Origin: an uncultured virus (IMG/VR IMGVR_UViG_3300035181_000699)
Taxonomy: Duplodnaviria > Heunggongvirae > Uroviricota > Caudoviricetes
Length of the DNA: 64,000 bases
IMG/VR virus record: IMGVR_UViG_3300035181_000699
Reading direction: 5' to 3' (one strand)
Shown here: positions 17,707 through 28,188 of the stretch, in pieces
How the letters are laid out: each line of letters begins with the position of its first letter
How positions within the stretch are numbered: position 1 is the first letter of the stretch
Notes under the pieces: model-generated
The model's database searches: none
Seen by the model: the letters and a program-made list of their open reading frames with translations, nothing else
Told to the model about the DNA's origin: nothing
Made by a program: the position numbers and the translations under genes

Positions 17707-18069
17707 ATGCAACCTCGCCTTATACATGCCCAGCTAGTAACAGCCAGGATTAGGCTCGCTAGTGTCGCTAACGACCCTAGTTTGGGGGAACCATCTGGGC
17801 GTGTTGAAGGTTCTGTAGTGCAATTTAAGGCCCAAGTTTCATATGGCTCCCCTCTGGAATCACAAAAGATTTATGGGGTAACTATGCCGGGAGCTAAGGG
17901 CTATTTGATAGCTCTAAACAAAGGTGTAGCTGCTACCCTAGCTAAGGGAGACCGCATAACATCCATCGGGGGCATGACAGTATCTTGGGTGGTCCTTGAT
18001 AACGTTCCAGCAGGCCACTATGACGCTCCTACTTTAAGATACATACCGTTTGCTGAGGCCAACTCATGA
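17707..18069 (+). CDS. Putative head closure/stopper protein
   Basis: Size and position; KGDRI motif. Confidence 0.55.
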   Translation: MQPRLIHAQLVTARIRLASVANDPSLGEPSGRVEGSVVQFKAQVSYGSPLESQKIYGVTMPGAKGYLIALNKGVAATLAKGDRITSIGGMTVSWVVLDNVPAGHYDAPTLRYIPFAEANS

Positions 18070-18674
18070 GTTTTGGGGTCAGGTTAGTGGGCCATTGGCG
18101 GAGATTGACCTACAAAGGTCTCAAAGATTTAGGCCCCAAAGAGTGGTCCAAAATAGACGGCATGCTTTACCAGATGGGCTTGGCTACAGAGTATGAAATC
18201 AAATCTCGTATCAAGTACAGAGAATACAGAATTAACCACCCATTTACAGTCGCCAACAAAACTTCTGGTCAACTTGTAAGAGCTAATGGTAAGACAAGCA
18301 AAGTTCTTAGTAGCAGGACTAAAGACCAGCCTCTAGTTGATACTGGTCAGCTGCTCAAGAGCATTAGAGTGACCAAGGTAGGTTCTAGGGGCATGCCTGC
18401 GGTGTTTGTTGGCGTGTTAAAGACAGCTAGAAATAGTCAAGGCAAGAGCTTGTACCAAATCGCTAAGATTGTACACTATGGAAAAATCATTGTTGTTACT
18501 CCTAAGATGAGGGTGTGGCTCGCTGCTCATGGCCTTCCATTGAAGCCTGAGACCAGAGTGCTGAGAATACCAGCCAGGAGATTCATTTCCTCAGTTGTTC
18601 TTGACCCAGTATTTACAGAGAAATTAAGGATATTCACTGGGTCTAAGATGACTCAGATACTTATGGAGAGGTAA
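18066..18674 (+). CDS. Neck/tail-completion (virion morphogenesis) protein
   Basis: PLVDTGQLLKSI and IPARRF motifs. Confidence 0.7.
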   Translation: MSFGVRLVGHWRRLTYKGLKDLGPKEWSKIDGMLYQMGLATEYEIKSRIKYREYRINHPFTVANKTSGQLVRANGKTSKVLSSRTKDQPLVDTGQLLKSIRVTKVGSRGMPAVFVGVLKTARNSQGKSLYQIAKIVHYGKIIVVTPKMRVWLAAHGLPLKPETRVLRIPARRFISSVVLDPVFTEKLRIFTGSKMTQILMER

Positions 18675-19955
18675 ATGCCTCAGACCTGGTTTGCTCAGAA
18701 TATTGAATTTCAATATGAGAATTTTCCTGACTTTGAGTTCTATACTCCTGGCCTAACATTTGCTAAAGGCGGGGGTTTAACTCTGCTTCCAGACCAACTT
18801 TCAGGCATAGTCAGAATGAGTTTTGGTGCTGGCTGGTGGGTAAACGGAACAATAACTATTGATTGCCTTCCTGTATCAGATGGAGGTAGTGGCAAGGCTC
18901 AGTTTGTTATCGAGTACAATGGCAAGTTCTATGCATATAACTCTCAGCTACCCACGCCAGCCTGGGTTCCTTATGACACTTGTGAGTCAGTGACTGCTTG
19001 GAGTGACATGCCGGCGCTGGCTTTTGTTAATTCAGCAGGCTCCCCATTTGCTATCAATGGCGCCAACTCTATAGAGTTTACGCTATACATCAAACTAAGC
19101 AGAAGTTCGGTTGACGATGAGTCTCCTTTATTGACCAGGGCAGCGGTGCTGTATTCTTGTATGGTAACTAATTATGGAGCTTATATCAACCAGAAGTTAT
19201 CAGACTATTTCAAGAACTTAACATTCTATGGCAGAGTTACAATAACCGCAACATCAACCCCTGACTCAAACGGCCAACAATGCATACCAAAATCTCAAAT
19301 ACCCATATTCTCTTCTGGGTATAACAATGCTACATTGGTAGCTATCTACAAGAAGTCACACCCCAACATAAGCATCCTATCTTCAGTAGGAGCTGATGGG
19401 TGGGTTCTAACCCCTGGCGCAACTCTTAATAAAGAGCTTATTGACTGCGAGTTTACATACAATATCTCATTTATAGCCAGTCAGTCTATTGACATGATAC
19501 AAATAGAGAAGTTCCCTGTCATCATAGCTTCTGAGTGGACAGAACCTATCTCTTTGATGCAACCCAGTGAAGAGTATTACTACAATATTAATGACCCAGA
19601 CCATTCTGTACTTGTTGGAGTTTGCCCTGGCGTAGGCCAACAGAAGTTCACCGCTGAAATACTTACAGATTTATACTATGACGCCTTAGAAATAGTAAAT
19701 AAGCTGGCTCAAGGAGTTCCTATGGGCTTGACTGGCTCTTTTGATACTGTCATACCATTGCCAGAAGTAGGCCAAGAAATGCGGCTAAGTGTAGATGGAG
19801 AACCCACAGAAACTACGGTATTTGGTAATACATCAGGAAATAAGGTGCTAGAACTCAAGATGAAACTTGTCTTCCCATTCCCTATTCCTAGGTTGACCGT
19901 AGCCAAGAAAGCATACACTGGCTTGGCTTTGAATGCTAAATTGTCAGGAGGCTGA
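18675..19955 (+). CDS. Virion protein preceding the sheath (possible tail terminator with extra domains)
   Basis: Position only. Confidence 0.5.
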   Translation: MPQTWFAQNIEFQYENFPDFEFYTPGLTFAKGGGLTLLPDQLSGIVRMSFGAGWWVNGTITIDCLPVSDGGSGKAQFVIEYNGKFYAYNSQLPTPAWVPYDTCESVTAWSDMPALAFVNSAGSPFAINGANSIEFTLYIKLSRSSVDDESPLLTRAAVLYSCMVTNYGAYINQKLSDYFKNLTFYGRVTITATSTPDSNGQQCIPKSQIPIFSSGYNNATLVAIYKKSHPNISILSSVGADGWVLTPGATLNKELIDCEFTYNISFIASQSIDMIQIEKFPVIIASEWTEPISLMQPSEEYYYNINDPDHSVLVGVCPGVGQQKFTAEILTDLYYDALEIVNKLAQGVPMGLTGSFDTVIPLPEVGQEMRLSVDGEPTETTVFGNTSGNKVLELKMKLVFPFPIPRLTVAKKAYTGLALNAKLSGG

Positions 19956-19957
19956 CT

Positions 19958-22063
19958 ATGACACTCAGGCGTTGGGGAGTAGTAAATGCCCCTGGTACAG
20001 AACTGGTTGAGCGTGACAGTGTACCCAGAATTGTAGAAGGTCTTCTGGGTGGTGCTATACTGGTTGGCCCTACAGCCAAAGGTAAGCTGAATGACTATGA
20101 GGAAGTCCTCAGTTGGCCTGACTTCCTCAATAAGTGTGGGGACATAGTTCCATACTCTTATGTGGGGCATGCTGCTAAAGGCTACTTTACAGAAAGCAGA
20201 GGTAACGGCAGACTCTACATCCTAAGAATCAGTGATGGCAAAGAAAAAAGCGGTTCTCTTAAGTTCTATATCCCAGCCACAACTGTAGCTGGCGCTGTAC
20301 CAGCGTTCACTCTGACCGCCAAGAACCCAGGCATTTGGGCTGGTGAAAGAGTTTCTAACACCATTTCTATTTCCAGCAAAACCGGCAATACGATAACTGT
20401 AACCTTCAAAGGAGGCACTCCTAATAAAGGCTCATTTACAGGTGGCTACTTACAAAGCCCCGAAACAGGAGCGCCTTTGTACCAGGTCATACTGCATGGG
20501 GACAACGGTGTTTTGACACTAGATAAGCCTTACGCGGGTACCATCCCATCTACTGTTGATTTGCAAATATGGAAGCCCAGCACTAGCGGTTCTATGCAGG
20601 TGATGGTACAAAGAAGTCCTCAGAACTCAGCCCTCTTCAACCTGCTGGTGTACTATAAGTCGGCTCTTGTTACTGTGTATGAAAACTTGAGTCTAGACCC
20701 AGCAAGTGATAGATTCGCTCCAGATGTTATCAACTCCGACAAAAACAACGACTGGTTTACTATCTCTGTTCAATACCCTGGGGTTGACTTCAGTGTACTC
20801 AGTTCTCCAGTGCAAGACTTCTTTGTTGGCACTGCTGTAGACACAACTGCCAAAACTGTGACTGTTTCACCCACCAACCTTTGTTCCCAAGCTGTTGGCC
20901 TCGAAGTTGGCAACCCCAGAGGTTCTGAGTGGGTAGGCAGCAAACTGTACATTCGTACAGTAGCTACAGGAGCTATTACTGGAGGATGGAGAATAAGTTC
21001 TGTTACCAGGCAGATTGGAGCAGGCGGCGCGATTTCATTCACCTTGACTCTTGAAGGCGATACTACCTCACTGGCGATAAATGCTGGCGACGTGTTTGTT
21101 ATCGAAGGCCCCATGAGCTTTGGTGGAGGGTATGACGGAGAGTTCGCTCTTACTGCTAACACACTAGCAGCTCAGGCCGCTGCTCAGCTAGAGGTTTCTA
21201 CTTCTCCTCTCCGCAAGCTGCTCAAGCCTGAGTATGGTTTCCTTAAACTAGCCATCCCAGGATATGGTGGTGATGCTAACGCCCCTGCGCTGTACGCTGC
21301 TGCCAAGGCTCTGTGTGAAGCCTACAACTGGCAGTGGAGGCCTGAAGCTGGCTTGTCTGATAGCTACACCACTTTCAAATCTAACGTAGAAAACGTCTAC
21401 GGCAGAACAGACTTTGCCAAGGCCCACTTCCCTTGCTGGATGCGTATCATGGATAACAACACCATGCATACCATACCAAACATCGGAGATATCCTTGGGG
21501 TTGAAGCCCGCATTGCTGTAGCCTACAAGGGGTATTACAAAGCTGCAGCTGGTATAGACGCTACTCTTAGCCGCAGTCTTGGGCTTGTTGTTGGCACGGA
21601 CACTGATTACGAACTGCAGTCAGAAGACGTTGAGCTGCTTAACCCAGCAGGATTCAATTGTCTAGTTAAGAAGTTTGGCAATGTGGTCATCTGGGGAGAC
21701 CGCACACTCTCCTCGACTTCTACTTGGCGCTGGGCACACATGAGAGAGCAGATGAGCCACTATGAGCATGTGCTCTTGACTGCTCTTGACTGGCTCAACT
21801 TCGCTATCAATAACCCTCAGTTGTGGCCGCTGCTCTACAACTACCTAGAGGACTATTTCTACCCTCAGTACAAAATGGGTGCTTTGATGGGTAAAACCTT
21901 TGAAGACGCCTGCGGTATAGTGGTGGACGCCACCAATAACAACCAGCAAACTATAGATAACGGAGAAGTCTGTGGCTCAGTCACTCTACAGTTCCCTGGT
22001 ACGGTGGAAAAAGTTCGTATTGACATTGGTAGGGCAGCCATCACTGAGCAGTCTCTTGTTTAA
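19958..22063 (+). CDS. Contractile tail sheath protein
   Basis: LVGPTAKG, AKNPGIWA, LNPAGFN and VIWGDRTLS motifs. Confidence 0.92.
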   Translation: MTLRRWGVVNAPGTELVERDSVPRIVEGLLGGAILVGPTAKGKLNDYEEVLSWPDFLNKCGDIVPYSYVGHAAKGYFTESRGNGRLYILRISDGKEKSGSLKFYIPATTVAGAVPAFTLTAKNPGIWAGERVSNTISISSKTGNTITVTFKGGTPNKGSFTGGYLQSPETGAPLYQVILHGDNGVLTLDKPYAGTIPSTVDLQIWKPSTSGSMQVMVQRSPQNSALFNLLVYYKSALVTVYENLSLDPASDRFAPDVINSDKNNDWFTISVQYPGVDFSVLSSPVQDFFVGTAVDTTAKTVTVSPTNLCSQAVGLEVGNPRGSEWVGSKLYIRTVATGAITGGWRISSVTRQIGAGGAISFTLTLEGDTTSLAINAGDVFVIEGPMSFGGGYDGEFALTANTLAAQAAAQLEVSTSPLRKLLKPEYGFLKLAIPGYGGDANAPALYAAAKALCEAYNWQWRPEAGLSDSYTTFKSNVENVYGRTDFAKAHFPCWMRIMDNNTMHTIPNIGDILGVEARIAVAYKGYYKAAAGIDATLSRSLGLVVGTDTDYELQSEDVELLNPAGFNCLVKKFGNVVIWGDRTLSSTSTWRWAHMREQMSHYEHVLLTALDWLNFAINNPQLWPLLYNYLEDYFYPQYKMGALMGKTFEDACGIVVDATNNNQQTIDNGEVCGSVTLQFPGTVEKVRIDIGRAAITEQSLV

Positions 22064-22077
22064 TACGGAGGAATGAT

Positions 22078-22527
22078 ATGTCCAGTATCAAAGGTGTAAT
22101 TGCTCCTGACGAACTCGCTGTAAACAAGGGCAAGTTGCTGGTGGCTGGCTTTATACCGATTCTCTTTGTAGAAATTAAAGGTCTAAAAGCCGAAATGGAA
22201 ACAGCAGACCTGCCTGATGCTACCAGAGTTAGTGGCGGCAGAACAAAGCCAGGCGATTTCACTGCGAAGCTCCCTGCCCATCACTTTGCTGAAGTTCGTC
22301 TTCTTGAAGAGTGGCAGAAAATGGGCCAAGACCCTGTTGACCCAGACTACAAGAAAAGTGGTACGCTAATCTTCTTGGCCAAGAGCGACCGCAAGTTCAA
22401 AGCCTGGAACATCAAAGGCATGTTCGTTAGCGGGGAGACTCTACCTGACGCAGAGTTGGCTAATCAGGGTGACGCTGCCATGGTAGAATTCACTTTTGCT
22501 TACGACGACATCAAGCCCTTATTCTAA
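22078..22527 (+). CDS. Tail tube protein (T4 gp19-like)
   Basis: Follows the sheath; 149 aa; KKSGTL...WNI pattern. Confidence 0.8.
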   Translation: MSSIKGVIAPDELAVNKGKLLVAGFIPILFVEIKGLKAEMETADLPDATRVSGGRTKPGDFTAKLPAHHFAEVRLLEEWQKMGQDPVDPDYKKSGTLIFLAKSDRKFKAWNIKGMFVSGETLPDAELANQGDAAMVEFTFAYDDIKPLF

Positions 22528-22528
22528 A

Positions 22529-22587
22529 CTCCGCGCTCTCGTCGTCGAGATGCGGCGATAGCTTGTTGTGCTGATATAATACATGGG
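22529..22587 (+). repeat. Dispersed ~60-bp element, copy 2
   Basis: CTCCGCGCTCTCGTCGTCGAGATGC begins 1 nt after the tube stop codon; also contains TGATATAAT. Confidence 0.7.
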
Positions 22588-22616
22588 TATAAAACACATA
22601 GCAGTAGGAGAATCGT

Positions 22617-23387
22617 ATGAAAACCTCTACCGTCAAAGCTCTTGGGTTCAACCTTCCAGCTGCCCGCATCCCTTTTTCAGTTCTTAACCTTACTGGAAGA
22701 AGGGAGAAGGCAATTTATCAGATAATGAATGCCAAGCCCGGCTTGTCCCAGAACTTACCAGGGCAAGTGCGGGCCTGCCTGGCAGTTCTGTTAGAGTCTT
22801 ATGGGCCTACACAGTTCCCAGTAGAACAGCCTGGTCAACCAATACAAGTAGAACAGCGGCAACAGCTGTTCGACTCTTTGCGCATACACCTGGGCGACGC
22901 TTATTACATGTATTGTTTGGCCCGAATAAAGGCTATGGGGCCGAAGGTTAAAATGACCCTAACCTGCCCCAATTGTTCTACAGACAGCACCTATACTATT
23001 GACCTCAATGACTTGGCTGTTGATGTAGCAGAGTCTGAGGCTGACCTCGCAGCTGAAATAACATTGTCTAGCCCTGTGAGCATTGGTGACAAGCAATACA
23101 CCAAGGCCAAAATACAGGGAATGTCTTACAGGCAAATTAAGCTGCTAGACGACATTTCTCAGGCCAAGATGGCTACTGTAGCTGAGTGCGCTACTTTGGT
23201 TGGATATGAGTTTCCTTTGCCTGTAGAGATAATAGAGGACTGGCCTAGCACGGTTATCAATGAACTCAATGAAGCTATAAACAAACTAACTCCGGGAATC
23301 AATTCCATCATGACTTTCAAGTGCGGTGAGTGCAATTCTATCAATCCGTACAGGGTTGGTTGGGAGTTTACAAGTTTTTTCGTCTAA
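22617..23387 (+). CDS. Tail assembly chaperone / hub assembly protein
   Basis: Between tube and tape measure; CPNC and CGEC motifs; slippery end. Confidence 0.7.
   Translation: MKTSTVKALGFNLPAARIPFSVLNLTGRREKAIYQIMNAKPGLSQNLPGQVRACLAVLLESYGPTQFPVEQPGQPIQVEQRQQLFDSLRIHLGDAYYMYCLARIKAMGPKVKMTLTCPNCSTDSTYTIDLNDLAVDVAESEADLAAEITLSSPVSIGDKQYTKAKIQGMSYRQIKLLDDISQAKMATVAECATLVGYEFPLPVEIIEDWPSTVINELNEAINKLTPGINSIMTFKCGECNSINPYRVGWEFTSFFV
23375..23381 (+). other. Candidate -1 programmed frameshift site T TTT TTC
   Basis: X XXY YYZ heptamer near the chaperone stop; the -1 frame is open to 23581. Confidence 0.6.
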
Positions 23388-23416
23388 TCAACTTCCTCGT
23401 TGAGGAGGAAGACTTG

Positions 23417-23581
23417 ATGGAGCTGGACACTAGGCTGATGAGAGCTAGTTCTGGCAGCTTTTTGTTCAAAGATTTACTAGACCTCTCTGTTTCTGAGAAG
23501 CTGAAATACCTCAACAAACTGAATAAAGTAATTCAGGAGGAGCATGAGCACCTAATGGCTGCTACACTAGGGAGAAGATAA
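23417..23581 (+). CDS. Second tail chaperone segment (frameshift extension or independent start)
   Basis: Open -1 frame; also has GAGGAGG upstream of an ATG. Confidence 0.55.
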   Translation: MELDTRLMRASSGSFLFKDLLDLSVSEKLKYLNKLNKVIQEEHEHLMAATLGRR

Positions 23582-25716
23582 TGGCTTTCCAAGAAGTATT
23601 TGGCATTGGCGCTATTTTCACATTCAAAAACGTAGCATCCGCAGAAATACGCCGTGCCCGCGCTGATGTAGAGAAGCTGAAGGCCGAAATCAACGGCATG
23701 AAGACATACAACACTGGTGTATCAAAAGCCATTACTACAGCAGCAAGCGGCATTAAATACTTCTTTGGAGGGGCTGCTGCCTTCTTTGGCCCCATGCTCC
23801 TGGCAGGGCACGCTAGTAACTTTGCTGAAAAGATGCTTTATCTTAAGCAGGTCACAGGGTCTAGCGATGAAGAAATGAAGGCCCTCGAAGCCCAGGCCAT
23901 TAAAACTGCCCAGACAACCAAGTTTAGCGCTGCAGAAGCCGCTTGGGGCATGTACCAAATTGCTTCTGCTGGTTACTCAGGAGCACAAGCATCAAAGATG
24001 CTAGGGTCTATGCTAGACTATACAACAGTCAGCGGTACTGAATTAGGAGAGACAATCAGAGATGTTACTTCTATTATGCACCAGTACAACGTCAAAGCAG
24101 AACATGCTAACAAAGTTACCAGCGCTATGATCAAACTCCAAGATATAACTATGTTCAACTATGACGAGATTGGCAGGGCAATGGCTTCCTCAGCTGGTGC
24201 AGCTGTAGGAATGGGCCAGGGGCTGTCCACAGTCATGGCTTTGGTTGGCTCATACAGAAATCTAGGCATCAAAGCAGCAGAAGCTGGCATGAAAGTCAAA
24301 ACAGCTTTGACTTTTATGAAAAATACAAAGCCTCGCAGCATACTAGAAGCGTTAGGCATACAGGTTTATGACAAAAAGACTGGCTATAAGAACATAATTG
24401 ACATATTGGCTGAGTATGACGCCAAGATGACTGCCAAAGGGTACAATGCTTACCAGAAACAAATTAAGGCACAAGAGATTTGGGGGCCTAGGAGCCAATT
24501 GTACAATGCATATTTGGCTACTAGCATAAACGCAAAGATAAATGGCAAAGATGTGACCCTGTATGGCAAAGAAGCTATAAAGTACCTAGAACAACAAATC
24601 AAATTAGCAGAAGAAAGTAATTTGTCTCAAAAGAGGTCAGAGGAACAAATGGGGCTGGTTAAAAACCAGTGGAAAATGCTAACAAATACTGCAGAAACAT
24701 TCTTAAACGCTGTAGGAAAGGCAGCTACTCCTGCCACTCTAGAATTCTTGAAGAACCTTCATGGTACTATAGAAGGCATGGCAATTTGGGCTCAAAACAA
24801 CCCAAAAATTGTATCAGGCCTGACCTCAGTTGTTATGACTTTGGGTAAGTTTGCTATGTTTTTCGGTATGTTCAAGTTTGGTTTAGGCGCTTTACAATAC
24901 CTAATAAATCTACCATCAGGAATAATGCTACAGTGGGGGAACTTGGCGAGTACAGCTCAAGGCGTTTGGGGGTCTTTATCAGCTTGGGGAACTGCCTTAA
25001 AGTTTGCTGCCTCCCAGGGGAAAGGTTTAGGGGGTACACTGATGGCTATAGGAAAGACCCCGATACCAGGCATACTGCAAGGCGCTCTCTGGGTGGCGGC
25101 TATAGGCTATGCGTCTAGGATGATAGAATTGATGTTTACTCTACACGAGATAAACACTGAAGCAGACGTTGCTGTTAAAGCAGCTGACAAATCAGGGGAA
25201 CAATTTAGGAACAAGTTATCCCAGAAGTACGGTATTACAACAACCAATGCTACTTCTGCCTCAGCTATGGTAGCTGGTACTGAGGCTCTAGCTAGAGCGC
25301 TTAAAGCCAATCCTAATCTCTCAGATGACGAAAAACTCCGTATCGCGCACAAGGCCATGGCTGATTACATATCTACTGAAGTAAACACAAAGTTCCCAGG
25401 GTCTCAATTTGTTATGGGGTGGAGCGACAACATAGGGTTCACTGCACATTGGGGAGGCAAGACTTCTCCAAAAGCCCAGGAGTTTGAAGGGCAAGCCCTA
25501 CAAGGGTTAAACGTTGAAGACTTCCGTAAGTTATTGAAGGCCAATCCTATTACAGTCAATGCTACCCTTATCGTAGGTGACCAGAAGCTGTTTGCTACTG
25601 TCCAAGCCTCCGGCAAGGAAGAAGCAGAACGCGCAGGCGCAATAGTCAAACGGCAGAAGACTGTCTCCGAAGGGCTGGCGGCCTCTTTGGGGGCTTCTTC
25701 TGGAAGGCCATTCTAA
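23581..25716 (+). CDS. Tape measure protein (TP901-like core)
   Basis: TKFSAAEAA motif, Ala/Gly-rich helices, hydrophobic segments. Confidence 0.9.
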   Translation: MAFQEVFGIGAIFTFKNVASAEIRRARADVEKLKAEINGMKTYNTGVSKAITTAASGIKYFFGGAAAFFGPMLLAGHASNFAEKMLYLKQVTGSSDEEMKALEAQAIKTAQTTKFSAAEAAWGMYQIASAGYSGAQASKMLGSMLDYTTVSGTELGETIRDVTSIMHQYNVKAEHANKVTSAMIKLQDITMFNYDEIGRAMASSAGAAVGMGQGLSTVMALVGSYRNLGIKAAEAGMKVKTALTFMKNTKPRSILEALGIQVYDKKTGYKNIIDILAEYDAKMTAKGYNAYQKQIKAQEIWGPRSQLYNAYLATSINAKINGKDVTLYGKEAIKYLEQQIKLAEESNLSQKRSEEQMGLVKNQWKMLTNTAETFLNAVGKAATPATLEFLKNLHGTIEGMAIWAQNNPKIVSGLTSVVMTLGKFAMFFGMFKFGLGALQYLINLPSGIMLQWGNLASTAQGVWGSLSAWGTALKFAASQGKGLGGTLMAIGKTPIPGILQGALWVAAIGYASRMIELMFTLHEINTEADVAVKAADKSGEQFRNKLSQKYGITTTNATSASAMVAGTEALARALKANPNLSDDEKLRIAHKAMADYISTEVNTKFPGSQFVMGWSDNIGFTAHWGGKTSPKAQEFEGQALQGLNVEDFRKLLKANPITVNATLIVGDQKLFATVQASGKEEAERAGAIVKRQKTVSEGLAASLGASSGRPF

Positions 25717-26736
25717 ATGGAAGACAAATTCTCCTGGTCTATGGACTTAGACAATACCCCAATAGACAACGGGTTGAAGGCACTTATCAACAGAATTTCA
25801 TTCAATAAAACCAGAGATATAATGGCAGAAATGCAAATAGACCTAACTTGCCCTCTTGTAGAGGACAACTCTAGCACCAAGTACATTCTTTCTAAGGGGA
25901 GGGAAGTTGTACTATTTGGTGGCTGGGGCAACGAAACATTTCTAGGGGCAGGAATAATACATAAGCACAGGCTTGATATAGCAAGCCAAAGGTTGACTGT
26001 CATCGCCAGGGACAAGGGCAGGGATATGGCAGTTAAACACGAAGACGAAACGTATAACAATACTAAAGATTCTGAGATAGCACGTACTATAGCTGGCAAA
26101 TACGGTGTACAAACAGACATTGAAGATACTCAAGCCACTGTATCACGAATACAATCAAAACTCACTGATTTTGAGTTCCTCAGAGACCTTGCTATGCGCA
26201 ACGGGTACGAATTCTACTTTGAGTTCGACGTGTTCAAAAGAAAGTGGGTTATGCACTTCCACGCGCCACGTAGTATCGGGCAAAAGCAGACATTTGTGTA
26301 TGACTACTCTGCTAATCCTAGCCCTGTGAATTCATTTTCGCCAGAAGTCTCTGGAGAAGTAGAGCATAAGGCCCAAATTAAAATGGTAGCTTTCTTAGCA
26401 GAAGAAAGAGGGCCTATCATGCTAGAGGCAGAAGTAGCTGGTGATGCTACTGTTAGAGAAGTAATCAGTGGCCTAAGATTTCAGAATGGCAAAGAAGCTA
26501 AGGCATTCTTTGATGGGCTAGTCAAACAGCGTAATGAGACCTATATGACTGCCAAGGCCATTGTGCTTGGTAATGAGCAGTTGAAGATAGGAGAAATACA
26601 CCAGTTCAAAGGCATAACACCCAAGTTCTTCCCTAGCTTAGACGGGAATTACAGAATCAATGAGTACACACATCACATAATTTCTGGGGAAGACTTTGTG
26701 TTTACCACAGAACTTGACTTGTACAGGGTGTCATAA
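25717..26736 (+). CDS. Baseplate hub (late control D / gp27-like)
   Basis: DSEIARTIA and TDFEFLRDLAMRNGY motifs. Confidence 0.8.
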   Translation: MEDKFSWSMDLDNTPIDNGLKALINRISFNKTRDIMAEMQIDLTCPLVEDNSSTKYILSKGREVVLFGGWGNETFLGAGIIHKHRLDIASQRLTVIARDKGRDMAVKHEDETYNNTKDSEIARTIAGKYGVQTDIEDTQATVSRIQSKLTDFEFLRDLAMRNGYEFYFEFDVFKRKWVMHFHAPRSIGQKQTFVYDYSANPSPVNSFSPEVSGEVEHKAQIKMVAFLAEERGPIMLEAEVAGDATVREVISGLRFQNGKEAKAFFDGLVKQRNETYMTAKAIVLGNEQLKIGEIHQFKGITPKFFPSLDGNYRINEYTHHIISGEDFVFTTELDLYRVS

Positions 26737-27344
26737 TGCTAGTGAATTTGGTTACAGCAATCGTTACGAATAATGAAGACCCGATTAAGCTGGGGAGGGT
26801 CAAATTCAAGAGTGATGAGTTGCTTGGAGGCAAAGAGCACCCCAATTGGGCGGAGCCTCAGTTCCCAGTTTGTGATGGGTCTTCTGCTGTGTTTATGGTG
26901 CCAAAAATAGGTGCGTCTATTCAAGTGATACTGCCTTCAGGGTCTATTGATAACCCAGTGTACCTTGGAGCACACCCTCTGAAGCCCGAGGACGTCCCAG
27001 ACGAGGTGAAACAGGACTACCCCAATAGAGCTATCATCAAATTCAGAGACATGGGCTACGTGCTGTTCGACGCCAAAAACAAGGTCATTACAGTTCTGAG
27101 CACTGGTGATGTAAAAGTTGTTTCAGCAACTGATGTTTACTTTGAAACACCACTATTTGAGGTTGGCAAGAAGGGTCTTACAGCAGATGACGGCATAGTT
27201 CGTAAGGCTGACCTACAAAAAGCTATAGATGACTTGAAGGCTGCTGTAGATGCTAAGTTTGCAATGTGCGCAGGAGGTTCTGGAGTTGGAGCAATATCTA
27301 GGCCAACAGCAGAAGCTTCTGCTGTCGGTTTGTGCTTGAAATGA
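26736..27344 (+). CDS. Baseplate spike (gpV / gp5 OB-fold)
   Basis: NEDPIKLGRVK, VPKIGA and PVYLG motifs. Confidence 0.85.
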   Translation: MLVNLVTAIVTNNEDPIKLGRVKFKSDELLGGKEHPNWAEPQFPVCDGSSAVFMVPKIGASIQVILPSGSIDNPVYLGAHPLKPEDVPDEVKQDYPNRAIIKFRDMGYVLFDAKNKVITVLSTGDVKVVSATDVYFETPLFEVGKKGLTADDGIVRKADLQKAIDDLKAAVDAKFAMCAGGSGVGAISRPTAEASAVGLCLK

Positions 27345-27471
27345 CATTGAGGAGAACCAATGGCACGTGGGATAAATGCTGGCACTATTCCTCAACCAGC
27401 CGTTAGAAGTTAGTAACGGTGCAGAGTGATGGCAGTAACTGCATTATCCTATTAGCAATTTGAGGTGACTG

Positions 27472-28188
27472 ATGCCTGGTTTACCGAATCCAGTACAATT
27501 GGGGGCTCAGCTGCTGAATATTCCTAGCCCAGAAATGCTTCTTCCTGGGCTACCTACAATTCCTATCCCTTATCAAGGCAAAAGCCAGTCAAAAGGCGCT
27601 CCTTCAGAGTGCTGGTTGGTGGATAAGAAAACAGGAGAACAGTTTAGATTCCAGTTTAACCCCCCGCTGTCTATACATAGGAACAACGAACTCCCCATAC
27701 ATAAAGGTATCCGGAGTGATAAGGGCATACCTATCATAGGCTCTGGTGGAGAAGAAGTGATATCAATCAGGGCCATGTACTACAAGATTGATAAGACCTA
27801 TGACCACTACAAAGCTCTTGATAACATTAGAAACCAGTTGAGCCGTCAAAAGGATGGTTCACTGCCTATAGTTACTGTGTTGATGCCTGGGTTGAAAGCA
27901 TGGGATGGTTACATCAGAGACTTTTCTGCTGAATTGTCAGAAAATTGTTTTGATGGTAAAGTGAGCAGAACAATTACTGTTTCTGTAGAACTTGTAGAGT
28001 ACTCTCCTCTACCAGAACCTACAACCACCAATAAAGTACCTCAAGACACTGCTTTCTACACAGTAAAGGAAGACACTCAGGACAAGGCGGCTACGCGCAA
28101 GAGTAAAGGGGCTAAAGACCCACTAGCAGATTTAGGTGCACCAGGCGGCGGGGAAGACGCTCCTGACCCTAATAAGGAACATTTGTAA
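27472..28188 (+). CDS. Tube initiator / baseplate protein
   Basis: FQFNP motif; position. Confidence 0.6.
   Translation: MPGLPNPVQLGAQLLNIPSPEMLLPGLPTIPIPYQGKSQSKGAPSECWLVDKKTGEQFRFQFNPPLSIHRNNELPIHKGIRSDKGIPIIGSGGEEVISIRAMYYKIDKTYDHYKALDNIRNQLSRQKDGSLPIVTVLMPGLKAWDGYIRDFSAELSENCFDGKVSRTITVSVELVEYSPLPEPTTTNKVPQDTAFYTVKEDTQDKAATRKSKGAKDPLADLGAPGGGEDAPDPNKEHL

Noticed and set aside
27360..27413. 17-codon ORF with a good RBS after the spike gene
   Set aside because: Too short to support; possibly a gene remnant
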